Both the position numbers and the translations under genes were made by a program. DNA of 64,000 nt from Octopus vulgaris (taxonomy: Eukaryota): the NCBI GenBank assembly GCA_951406725.2, contig OX597815.1, forward strand, positions 80,848,001 to 80,912,000. Direction: 5' to 3'. Shown one piece after another: positions 42,586 through 54,500 of this stretch (the stretch's first letter is position 1; each line of letters starts with the position of its first letter). Below the pieces are notes generated by a model. The model saw only the letters and a list, made by a program, of their open reading frames with translations, was not told the DNA's origin and did not search any database.

Positions 42586-42899
42586 CACACACACACTTAG
42601 GAGGGGAGAGGCACCAAATTATAGTTCTTTAAACTGCTATCGGTATTTCCTTAGTCTGAAAAACTATTCTAATAGTTTGCTCGGTGTTATTGTTGTTGTT
42701 CCACTTGTTATTGCTGTTATTGTTTTCCTTCCGTTAATAGATACCACATGTATACGTTCCTTGTGAGTGTGCGTGCGCGTGTATACATGCATTCATACAT
42801 ACATACATATATACATACATGCATGCATACATACGTATATACATACATACATATATATATATATATGTATGTATGTATATATATATGTGTGTGTTTGTG

Positions 42900-42933
<34 letters not shown>

Positions 42934-42990
42934 AACACGCGCATGCATATATATATACATATATAATATATATGTATATATATATATGTA

Positions 42991-43035
<45 letters not shown>

Positions 43036-43560
43036 TCACACATATACGTGTATCTGTATGTGTGTGCGTGTGCGTGTTTGTGCGTGTGAATGTGTATTTG
43101 TGTGTATGTCTGTGTGTTGGGGGGAGAGAGAGAGTGTGTCACAGATCAACCTTAACGTAATCTCTAGCTATCACCTAACTCAATTAAGGGTGACAAAGGG
43201 ACACTAATAACAAACTAGAACTTTAACCATAAAACCAAAAATTTCATTAACGAGAATAGGAACAGTTAAAATTAAGGCCAAACATTGGAAGAACCCTGCC
43301 ACAATAAGAATTGCAGTCAAGGATAGCATTGATATACTTCGGAGATAACAAAACAGACAAAAAGAGGAACATACAACACGATAAACGTTCAACTACCTAA
43401 ACACTACAATAACAACAAAAATGATCTAAATAGCAACATTCCCTCCCCGGCTGCTCTAATGGAAATCATGATGGTTTCGGCACGATATATTCGTATATGT
43501 ACATGTATATAAAGCTATATATATATATATATATATATATACATAGCTTTATATACATAG

Positions 43561-43602
<42 letters not shown>

Positions 43603-44159
43603 ATAATATCGATGTTTAAATATCGATATTATCAAGTGGCCAGCATGGGAAAAAATACCATACAAAGGTAATAATTTTTATAATTTCTGAAGCAAAGCTA
43701 GAAATCCAGGATCTTGAATTATTCAGTAATATTTTTTGCTAGTCTATTTTGGTCCCTCTGTCTTATCTCACGGTGCGATATGAACATTTAAGGTGTTTTT
43801 TAGAGTCAGGGATTTGACTGCTTTTTCGGCATGGTGGTGTCTCTCGGACATCCTTATTTATAGTTGTATAAAAATTATTACCTTTGTATGGTATATATAT
43901 ATATATCAAATGTGAGGATAAAATTCTTTTCGAAAAAAAAATATTTTCTCGAAAAAAATGTTATCAATGGCCAGCATATTAAAAAATACCTTTAACGGTT
44001 AAATTTATAAACAATTCATAAATGAGGGCAAAGGAAAAAATTTCTAATGCCAAATATGCCGAAAAATTGGACATATTGTCCATTAACCATATAATTTTTT
44101 CACAATACGCACGCTACTCGAAAAAAGGTCGACAGAAATTCCTAAAAAATTCCATTATT

Positions 44160-44215
44160 ACCATATCGGACCGATTTCAGAGTTAGCTACTAAGAGCCCT
44201 CTCTTCGTCAGTGAT
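44160..44215 (-). ncRNA. Type-I hammerhead ribozyme
   Basis: The minus strand reads ATCA-CTGACGA-AGAG[...]CTCT-GAAA-TCG[GTC]CGA-TA-TGGT; all three stems and both core motifs are present. Confidence 0.75.
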
Positions 44216-44309
44216 GCATGTGGCAAAAGAAATAAATGAGATACTTACTCGCACCCATGGAAGAAGCAAATACTAAGTCATGGTCACAACTAAGTACCCC
44301 AAATACATC

Positions 44310-44359
<50 letters not shown>

Positions 44360-44361
44360 TT

Positions 44362-44650
44362 ATAGCCGTGATTTAAAAAAAGATGTCAGGTTTTTTAATA
44401 ATAAATCTTTCTATAAATCACATAACTCTAGTAAAAGTACCTGGCTGATTGTTCCATATGGAAAACGATTTAAAAGTTACCTTCCCTACCTATTTCATCA
44501 ACCTGTGGAATGGACCTTTCCCAAAAATTCCAGGTACCATTCCATTTTCAACATCTGCCGTATCAGTATTGGCTTTTCCAACACCAATAACCTCCAACAG
44601 ATAGTATCCTCGCATAACGACTATATTCCTAAAAGTAAAAGGGTTTCGTT
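44362..44650 (+). mobile_element. Penelope-like element fragment (RT-to-EN linker)
   Basis: TWLIVPYG...FPKNSRYHSIFN...ISIGFSNTNNLQQIVSSHN resembles the conserved PLE linker upstream of the GIY-YIG domain. Confidence 0.65.
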
Positions 44651-44960
44651 TAATAACTGTTCATCTGGTATGTTGATTTTTGTTCATTCGTTATAAACTT
44701 TAATTATGCTCGCACTGACGATTAAAAAATGCATTTCTGCACTAATTATGAAATCATATGATTTGCAGCTGAATTCTGTTTTTAAAAGGCTCGCTTCTAG
44801 ATTTGCATTCCCTCGCATTCGATAAGATGTGTTTATTTATTTCGGTAGTTTTGACTTTAAGAGTCCCTTCTAGCATGTGGCATTTATGTATAATTATGTC
44901 ACCATGATAAATCGTTAGCCACTACACACATTTTTTTCTCTCCTTGTTTTTTCTGTGTCC

Positions 44961-44996
44961 CTTTCTGTAGATGAGCGTAGGCTCGAAAGGTAAAAG
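44961..44996 (+). ncRNA. Minimal hammerhead-like motif with variant core CTGTAGA
   Basis: CTTT-CTGTAGA-T-GAGC[GTAG]GCTC-GAAA-G-GTA-AAAG. Confidence 0.45.
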
Positions 44997-46728
44997 ACTT
45001 TTTCTATTCCTGAGCGTTATACTGAGCGTTGCTTTCTCCCAACAAGCTTAGATTTGGTGGCTTGGACCAGTCAGATTTGAACAGTCTCAAGTGTAACTGC
45101 CCGAAACTGTAAGGATAATTTCGTAACTTGACTGATGAGAGGAGGCTGTGAATAACCCGTACTTGTTTTTCCTGTCCGTCTTTTTATTGTTTTCTTGTAC
45201 GTCTTCGCATCGTCTCTCTGTCCGGATGTTTTATTGTCATCTGTTGCATTCTTGTTCCATTTTTTGGATGTGTATATTCATATAGCGGCGTACGTATGCT
45301 TTTGCTCACCTTGTAAGTAAGTATGTATTTAAATTTTGTACGACCCTTTTACTCTTTCATTTAGTCCCTCTCATACTTTCTTTCTTTCCTCTTTTCTTTT
45401 TCTCGCTGCCCCTCTCTCACATTTCATGGCCTTTTTTTCTTTAATTCCTACTTTTCCTCCTCGTTTATCTCCCTTGTACCTTTCTCTATGTCCCTTTGAT
45501 TTCCTCTCTTTCTCGTTCTTCCCTAATCCTTCAATCCCTTTGTCCCCTACCTCTCTCTTTTCCTTCCACGTGACCGGTGTTCGGCCAGGCATGATCTTTT
45601 ATTCTTTGCTCGACTGCCGGGCGCGAAGCATCTCTAATATTCCTGTCTCTTGACTTTCATCTCCTAAGGCTTTCACTCTACACACGTCAGCTCAACTTGA
45701 TTCGTCTTTATTAGTCGAAAGGCGCCTTTTGTTATTTTCTTGTTGCTTGTATTTGTAATTGTGTAATTGCTCTCCGTTTTCTGTCGTTGTTTTCGTACAC
45801 ATTCGCTTACTTTCTCCCAAAATGCTTAGATTTTGGGGGAAGCAGCCAGATTTAAGCAGCCTCAAGTGTAATTGTTCCTAACTGTAAGGATAATTTGGTG
45901 ACTTGACTGATGAGATGAGGCTGCAAATGACCCGTCCTTGATGTTTCCTATTCGTCTCCACATTGTCTATTTGTCCGGATTTTTATTGCTGTCTGTTGCG
46001 TTCTTGTTCCTCCTTTGGAGGAACCCTATTTTAGCCGCTGATATTCGCGATCGTACTTTTGCGACCATTACCTAACATTCGTCACCATGAGTGCAGATAG
46101 ATACGAAAGCCGAACTGAAGTATTTTTGTTTTGCTTTGTTTTTGTTTTTTTCCCAACCTCTTTTTTTCTGAGGATCGAATATCCTGTCCAGGTGGGGAGT
46201 TTATGCGCCATAAAACCGGGAAACTCGTCATTATAAGTCGACATGACTCGAGAAGGTAACGTCACTTTTTTCTTACCTACTTTCATTACTCGTGAATACG
46301 GCTCCAAGATACTCCGCTTCTCCTAGTGCACTCTGCGACGTTCCACTAACATGCAGCGTGCACTAGGAAAACATTTTTATGAGAAACAATGTCTCAGTCT
46401 TCCCTACCTCAACTCTCATCCTCGGCAGCAAGCCCATTCAGTGCATGCTGGAGATCATCTGATAAGTCAAGTAGCACCATGTCGTTTTCAAATGTGAGCC
46501 AATCAAACATACACCCACCGTTTGCGATACCACTTCCACAACGGCTATGAATGTCATTTCAGTTCATAAGTATGTGTGTGTGTGTATCATAAATGTATGT
46601 ATACATATAAGTACACACGCTCACACACGGACATACACACACACACACACATATATATATGAATATATACACACACACTATACTATACATGCGTTTATTG
46701 TATATATATAGAAACATTTATATACATG

Positions 46729-46789
<61 letters not shown>

Positions 46790-46791
<2 letters not shown>

Positions 46792-47168
46792 CTTATAAAT
46801 AAGGGCAAACGAAAAAATTTCTAATGCCAAATATGCCGAAATAAGACACATTGTCCATAACCATATATTTCTTTTTCCGCATTTATCACTGACGAAGGGA
46901 GGGTTCTTATGAACTAACACTGAAATCGGTCCGATATGGTAATAACGGAATTTTTTAGAAATTTCTGTCGACCTTTTTCGAGTAGCGTGCTTATTGTGTT
47001 AAATTATATGGTTATGGACAATGTGTCTTATTTCGACATATTTGGCATTAGAAATTTTTTCGTTTGCCCTTATTTATAAGTTGTTTATGAATTTAACCTT
47101 TAGGGGTATTTTTTAATATGCTGGCCATTGATAAAATTTTTTTTCGAAAAAATTCTATCCTACATTAG
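46790..47168 (+). mobile_element. Hammerhead-bearing non-autonomous element with an inverted partial tail at its 5' side; minus-strand sibling at about 43908-44300
   Basis: 46790-46866 is the reverse complement of about 47005-47081. The body is homologous to 43908-44215. Confidence 0.7.
46883..46942 (+). ncRNA. Type-I hammerhead ribozyme (same family as 44160-44215)
   Basis: TTATCA-CTGACGA-AGGG[...]CACT-GAAA-TCG[GTC]CGA-TA-TGGTAA, with one mismatch in stem II. Confidence 0.7.
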
Positions 47169-47322
47169 ATGTAAATTTTAATATATATAAGTTCGGCAAA
47201 ATTTAGATTCAGATGAATATGGTACTTAAGTTAAAGGCACCAGAATCTTGTATGGTATTATCCATATAAATCAAATGGGGTGATTATAATCAAAATAAGC
47301 AACAAGTATATCCAATGTAGAG

Positions 47323-47406
47323 TAGTACAATTGTTTCATGCTACTTCATTTTATTAAACACTGTAAGTATTACATCAGTTTTAAAATGTCGAGCATTCTT
47401 CGGCCA
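47323..47406 (-). ncRNA. Hammerhead-like motif with extended stem II and CCGAAGA core variant
   Basis: The minus strand reads TGG-CCGAAGA-ATGCT...AGCAT-GAAA-CAATTG-TA-CTA. It is homologous to 31168-31251 with pairing-preserving changes. Confidence 0.6.
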
Positions 47407-47644
47407 CTTATAGAATTTTCCAATTAAACGGACAATGCACATTCTTATCCTTATTTCATTTGCCAACATTATAAAGAGGGGAGATATATAGACAGAGAGG
47501 TTAGTTTTATTCTTAAGACCATGATAGTAGTATGTTCACTCTCCGTCTGTAGATTTTATCATTGAGTTCACTTTGTTATTTAGATCTATCAGTGGGAGGG
47601 GGTTTTATTCAACCACTGGATATGCAGAACCTACAGATGAGTAC

Positions 47645-47746
<102 letters not shown>

Positions 47747-48191
47747 CATAGACACAAATATATATGTATGCATGTATGTATGTTAGTATGCAGGCCTGTT
47801 CAGACTCACTGATACACAAATGGTTTATTTGTCGAATGGATAAACATTGTCTGAGTAATTACAGACATTCTAGGTGTTAATATAATACATGTTAGATAAC
47901 GTAGTCCTCATATTTACAAAATAGGAAGAAGCTATGATTTTACGCTGCTTAACTGTATATGGTTTCAGCTTTTTCCTCGAAGCACTCGACAGCATTCACG
48001 CACACACAAACATACACGTATGTGTATATATGTGTATATATGTATATGTGTGCGTGTAGATGTGTCTGTTAATATGTGTGTAGCTGAGTGTATACGTGTG
48101 TAATACATTTTTTTTTCCCTTTAATAGAAATAGAGCGTAAACCGAGCATTTACTAGAGAGCCCAACCAGCACAAAACACAGCTTCTAGAAA

Positions 48192-48238
<47 letters not shown>

Positions 48239-48371
48239 ATGGATAAATAGATAACATAAAATAAATAAAATACTAAGGGAAAGAAAAATGTATCCCATGT
48301 CGCATATTATGAAAATTCCTTACGAGTCAAAAAGTACTTTAACATGGTGCCCATGACTTGCTTGTAACAAC

Positions 48372-48784
48372 TACCTATTTCTTTACTACCCACAAGGGGC
48401 TAAACACAGAGGGGACAAACGAGGACAGACAAACGGATTAAGTCGATTACATCGACCCCAGTGCGTAACTGGTACTTATTTAATCGACCCCGAAAGGATG
48501 AAAGGCAAAGTCGACCTCGGCGGAATTTGAACTCAGAACGTAACGGCAGACGAAATACCTATTTCTTTATTACCTACAAGGGGCTAAACATAGAGGGAAC
48601 AAACAAGGACAGACATAGGTACTAAGTCGATTACATCGACCCCAGTGCGTAACTGGTACTTAATTTATCGACCCCGAAAGGATGAAAGGTAAAGTCGACT
48701 TCGGCGGAATTTGAACTCAGAACGTAACGGCAGACGAAATACCGCAAAGCATTTCGCCCGGCGTACTAACGTTACTGCCAGCTC
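48372..48784 (-). mobile_element. SINE family B dimer
   Basis: One head plus two units of about 185 bp. Confidence 0.9.
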
Positions 48785-48894
48785 TGTCACACTAACGTCT
48801 AAAGAAATGGAAAGAAACACACAGGATAATGTTGTACTAGGTACACTGTGTCTGAAATAAAAAGAAGGCAGTTCATGGTTGGAACGTATGTGAT

Positions 48895-49375
48895 ATGTCT
48901 GCCCGTTTCTGTGCTCATTCGTTCGTTCTATCGGGGCTATTTTGGGAAGCAGTCGCAAAAGCCGATGCCAGTCGCCGTTATTACCGACAGTTGTCAGCAC
49001 ATAAATGAATGAATAAATAAATAAATAAAAATGCCACCCCTTCCTTCACCATCACTACTACCACCAGCAACAGCGGCAACAACAACAACAACAACAACAA
49101 CAATAACAACAACAACAACATTTAACATGACATCAGCAACGAAAAGAACCCATTTCTCCACCCTCTTCGCCAAGCCTCTTTTCCGAAAATTTAGCGCGAG
49201 AGAAAGAGATAAAAATGGAATTTTTAAATAGTTTAAACTTCACAAACACTTGACATTTGAAATCAACACGTAGAGAGAAAGAGGGTAGACGGGAGCGATG
49301 GTAAGTTCCGGCTTGCTGTTTCACTTCCGACCCGGATGTTTTTGCCGTCGGCAGCAAATGATTCCACGTGCCTAT
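48895..49375. promoter_or_regulatory. Possible CpG-enriched promoter/first-exon region
   Basis: Non-repetitive, locally CpG-rich sequence with ETS-like motifs (ACTTCCG at about 49323, CCGGATGT at about 49332) and ATG|GTAAGT at 49298-49306. Confidence 0.3.
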
Positions 49376-49638
49376 ACTTATATATGCAAAGCATATTTTC
49401 TTCTCAAATATCCCATAAGTTGATCCGTCATACATACTAGCACACAGAGATTCAGATGCCTTCACCCGCACACGGATATGTACGCACACCTACACTTACA
49501 TTAACAAAAACACTCATGCACAAGTGTTTGTTTATGCATATAGTTTTGTCTTTCTCTGATAGTTTCCAATCCGCTTCTCCTTCTATCATCCTGCCTGCCT
49601 TTTCCTTTATTCTCTCTCCATCTCTTTCTCTCTCTCTT

Positions 49639-49684
<46 letters not shown>

Positions 49685-49757
49685 CATGTACGTATCTAAA
49701 AATATATATATTTGCACATATTTTTATACATACATATATATATATGTGTGTGTATGT

Positions 49758-49827
<70 letters not shown>

Positions 49828-50695
49828 TTATATACATATGCATGTATATATATACTAGCTGAATTGCCCGGCGTTGCTCGGGGCTGAATTGCTTGAAAGT
49901 ACTGTTAATGATTGCACTGAATTATGATGATTATTTAGGCAAATATTGATATAAGTTCACGGCGAATGAATGTATTTGTAAGTGTATAGAAAGCCATGTA
50001 AAGGTGTTCCTACCCCCTCGTAGAATGGTGTAAGAATTGAATGTGAGGTTGCCTTGAAATGAGCCATGTTATTGTTCTCATAATTGTAAGAATTTGATAG
50101 TCGTGGAAGGCGATGTAAAACGTTCGCAGGTGAATAGGGTCTCTTCGTTTTGCACGAACGGCAGCGGATGTGCTGTTACAAAACTTGATGCTGTGTTAAA
50201 AGAGAGTGGATTTCATATGTAGGCAAGAGAGGAATGAAGCATGGGTAAGTAAATATGTGTAATTTATAAAATATAGAACAATAGCATCTACTCACCATAT
50301 GTCAGACCGGCAAGACTGTAGTGGTGCTGATTAGGTGAATCACAATACAGTGGTGGAGATGTTTTCATTGATGGGCGTTTTGATTAAATTTGTTGTTGTA
50401 TAAAATGATCTGTTGATTAGTTTCGAAAGTGTATGTTGCGATCGTGTTGTCGCTCATGTAAACTTTAACAATGAGAGTGTAGATGTAGGGGCTAGATGTG
50501 TCATGTACGTTGGATATAGAAGATGAGGCTGGTGGTTTGATGATGAATGGATAGAAATAGAGTTGAGCGAAGGACAGGAGTTGGTTAAGTGTGAATTAAT
50601 GTAATGAAACGCCTAGAAATGTAAATGCCGTCATAAAAGAGAGTCGTATGTAAGTGGAATACTAACGTGTTTGAAAATGATGAAACGTAGTAATC

Positions 50696-51537
50696 CTATA
50701 AAACCTCCTTGTACACAATGTTTTTTGTTTTTCGTTGTGGAAGGAATGCGAAAGCATCACTGTTGCTGCCGACACGTGAGCAGCCAACATAAAGCTGACC
50801 ATGAGAGAAACATGGCTCTCCCAAATGTATTCCTGCCACAGACAGTGTTTGACCCTGCGCTTTGTTAATTGACATTGCGAAACATGGCCTTACTGGGAAC
50901 TGGGACCTCCGAAATATGAAAGGTAGGTCTGCTCCTGATGGGAAAAGATGCATCCTAGGTATGAGCACAACGTTGCCTCGACCGCACCCTGTGATAATGG
51001 TGGCCTCAATCAGATTGGGAGATAAGGACTTAACGATCAAACGTGTGCCATTACATTGTTTTGGGGGAACCAAATTTCTAATGAGCATTATAGGGGCACC
51101 AACTTTAAGTTTGAGAATGTGTGGTGGTAGTCCGGGGGCTCAAAGGAATTGAGTACCTCTATTGGATAATTGATGACGTCGTCTGGGTCAGGAGTTGTAT
51201 CAATAGACTTATATACATAGACATCCCCAGGAATGAGTTTTAGCATTTCATCATTAATATGGTGAACAGTTTTATTCCTCGGGGCCAGAATAGCCCTTAG
51301 GCCAATCCAATCCATATTCTGATAATTAGCTTGTAGATCTGGGAAGACTGCATCTCTGAGATCAGAAGGCGTGTTAACAATGGTACAAATGGAATCGATG
51401 GCAATATTACCATTTTCATCCCCTGGTATTTTGCCTTCGCCAAGTGCAAGGAGGGTGTGAGAAAAAGCTGCTGATGTGATATCACGTCGCATATGAGCAC
51501 GCATATTGGTGTGAAGTTTGAGAGTCTTCACCAGTGG
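50696..51537 (-). pseudogene. C-terminal remainder of the RepHel PIF1 helicase, separated by a TGA (51538-51540) and a 1-nt frameshift (about 51134-51138)
   Basis: The frame continues past the TGA as PLVKTLKLHTNMR...AILAPRN. After the frameshift it reads [21 protein letters not shown]...CNGTRL...[20 protein letters not shown]...[13 protein letters not shown]...NIVYKEVL*. Confidence 0.9.
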
Positions 51538-54500
51538 TCACAATGTGGATGACTTAAGACACGCACTTACAGCATCAGCTCTAGTCCCTTTGGGAATAAC
51601 GGGAAGTGTTTGTCGGAAGTCCCCTGAAAGAAGAAGTGTTATGCCTCCCATGGGAGCTGAAGAGTGTTTGATGTCTCTGAGAGATCTATCTAGTGCCTCA
51701 AGAGCACCTCTGTGGGCCATCGTGCATTCATCCCAAACGATAAGCTTGCATCGTCTGAAGACTTCTGCCTGATCGGAGCTGTTACTGATGTTGCAAGTTG
51801 GTGTCTCAGTCTTCGCTAAGTCAAGTGGGAGTTTGAAAGTAGAGTGAGCTGTCCTGCCGCCTGGCAACAAAGTAGCCGCAATTCCAGATGATGCCACAGC
51901 TAGGGCAATGCCTTGTGTTCGCCTAATCTCAGCCAATATTAATTTGTTGACAAAAGTTTTCCCAGTGCCCCCAGGAGCGTCCAGGAAAAAAATGTCCCCA
52001 GCTTTGGCCCGGACTGAATTAACAACGGAGTTGTAAGCGAACTTCTGTTCTGGAATGAGCTTTGGCTCATTGTCAGCTATGTACTCGGCAAGCTCGTCAA
52101 CATTAAAACATGTCTCACGCAGCAAATGTGAAGACAGAGTGTTTGTGCCTTCCCGGTTTGTTGAAGGTAGGCCATAGACCGGCAAGGCACTACCGCCCAT
52201 ATCGAGTACAGTATCTTCGATTTCAAGCAGCGCCCTGTTGTAAATGAGGTCAGTGTACCCGACCTCCATTGATGGATGTAGCGATTGAGCGTGATGCAGG
52301 AAATCTTCAGACATATCATCTTTGTAGGTAAGCCATAAAGAGGCGGGATTAGCCAAGTCACACCATAGTAATAGAATAGCGAAAAGCGATCTTATTTTTT
52401 TAGGAGATTTTAATGAAACACCTTCTGCCATAGTGGCGCCCCATTGTGAATCATCCTCCAAAAGTCGACGCCGAAAACAGGCTTCACGGAAAGTATCACA
52501 TAATACACCATCAACAGTTCTGATGTCTTGAAAACTTTGTGGGCCTAAAACCTCATGGAGGAGAAGGCGCAGGTGAAAACAGTCATGTTGGTTTGGAGGT
52601 ACAGTGTATACTCTTCCTAGACAACTGTTAAACTTGACACCAGGATGTCCTTCAACATCCTGACCCGACTTCCTACGCACCCAATTGTTGTTTGACCACA
52701 CGTAGTAGGACGGGACCTGAGGGTATAAAAGTGTTTTAGCAAATGTGTCAAGTTGGCAAAGCCTAAAGAAACCGGTCAAAGTTGTTTGTTTTGGATTTGC
52801 CGCCAACTCAGCTGCAGTCTGTTCAGTAAAGTAAATTCGTTGGCCATTTTCCAAATGAACCGCTAGTTGTATGATGGCGGGGTGCCTTTGGTGAAGTGGA
52901 AACCCGAATATCCGCCAAAAAGCTTCACCACTGCTTATGTACCGACCTGCCATGTACTGTGACACCTCGTCCATGCTATTGTCCTTTTGAAGGCCAAACA
53001 TGGCAGCGTCAGAACCCTTGTTAACATATTTGCATATATACTTTATAGACTTGACTGAATGACAGAACTCCACATTTATGTGAGCGTTAAAAGTTTTCAT
53101 CAGAAATGGACAGTACGGCACTACCCACCTATTATCCACTTGATGACCCCGTAACGTTATAGTGAATCCACCATTGTCAGGGTGCCTTCTTCTGTACAGT
53201 GGGTATCCGTCGCGGCCGGTCTGGGTCTCGTCCACGAACCTCTTTGGGTACCGTTTAGTGCACACGTGGTCTTTGTGGCATGAGGAGAACTTTTGAAAAC
53301 CAGGACCGCACGGACCGTGTACCATGTGTGCCTTCACAATGTCGTACAGGTGCCGGTCAACAGTTGGGTCCGGAATTTCTGCTGCAATGAGATCATCAAG
53401 AACTGTTGGGTCTATTTTGTTGACCAACCAAAGCAAAATGTGCGCATGTGGCAACCCTCTTTTCTGCCACTCAACAGTATACATGTGGCAGTTAACAGGC
53501 CCAAAAACCTGGCCTTTTTTTATTAAAAGAATGAGCTTAGCCAGTTTCTGCCTGAAAACCCTTGCAATAATATCATGGCGATGACAGTACTGCTGCCCTG
53601 GGAGAAGTTCTCGCGTTACCTCAACCCACTTTGGGTTACATGTAAAGGTAATGAATAAATCGGGTCGCCCATAATGCCGAACGTAAGTCATAGCGTCTTG
53701 TGTTCGCTCGTGCATGTACCGTGGGCCCCCTGTATAGGTTGAGGGGAGAATGCACATTTTGCCGATATTGCGGGCGTCAGTGTCATTCCTGATGCCATCA
53801 CGCAAATGGATGTAGGAGTCTGAGCGCAGCTGCTTCTGATTCAATTTGATGAAGCCCAGTCTCTCGGACTCCATCTTTGCAGCCATGTCAACTGCAAACT
53901 GGTGAAACAGTTGCCGTGATCTGTGCAGGGGGTTGAAATCATTATGCCTTGTCATGAAGCGGTATGAGTAAAAAGCCATACATGAAACAGTTTTAGATGT
54001 CGCAGCCGAGGGCTCGTTTGGTTTGTGGTGAGGAATGCCGAAATGGTACCCGTCTTCTCCATACGGAAAAAGAAGGGGATACTGCAGGGCGTCATATGAC
54101 CGATGCGTCTCATTAATACGCTGAAGACCACTGTCGCGGCTTTGAAGAACTATGTCCCGCTGCTTGTGCTGTTCACCATGGAGAACTATGGCCACTTCAT
54201 TGCACGAAGGAGCGTTATATCGCCGCGCGTGCTCCCCAGAAGGCCTTTTGTCAGCATCGATGACAATGGTGAATGTTGGTGAAGGGGCTGTTTCGAAGGC
54301 GTATTTGAAACTGCGAATATAGCTGTTGTGGTCATGAAGCATGTTTTGCAGAGTGAGCAGCACGTCCCTGTCGAAATTGTCAGCGTTAGTGTTTGCATGT
54401 TGTGGAATTACGTCGAAACGCAAATCAAGTTGCCTATTATAATTTGTAATAAAATAAATTTGAATGAATGAAGGTTTGCAATTTTGTAGTGGCTGGAGTG

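Noticed and set aside
49890-50690. Possible captured host gene fragment in the Helitron 3' region
   Set aside because: No ORF or recognisable exon was seen; treated as ordinary non-coding element sequence.
51538-51540. In-frame TGA as possible programmed readthrough or recoding
   Set aside because: A single TGG-to-TGA transition at a normally Trp position is simpler, and a second lesion lies downstream.
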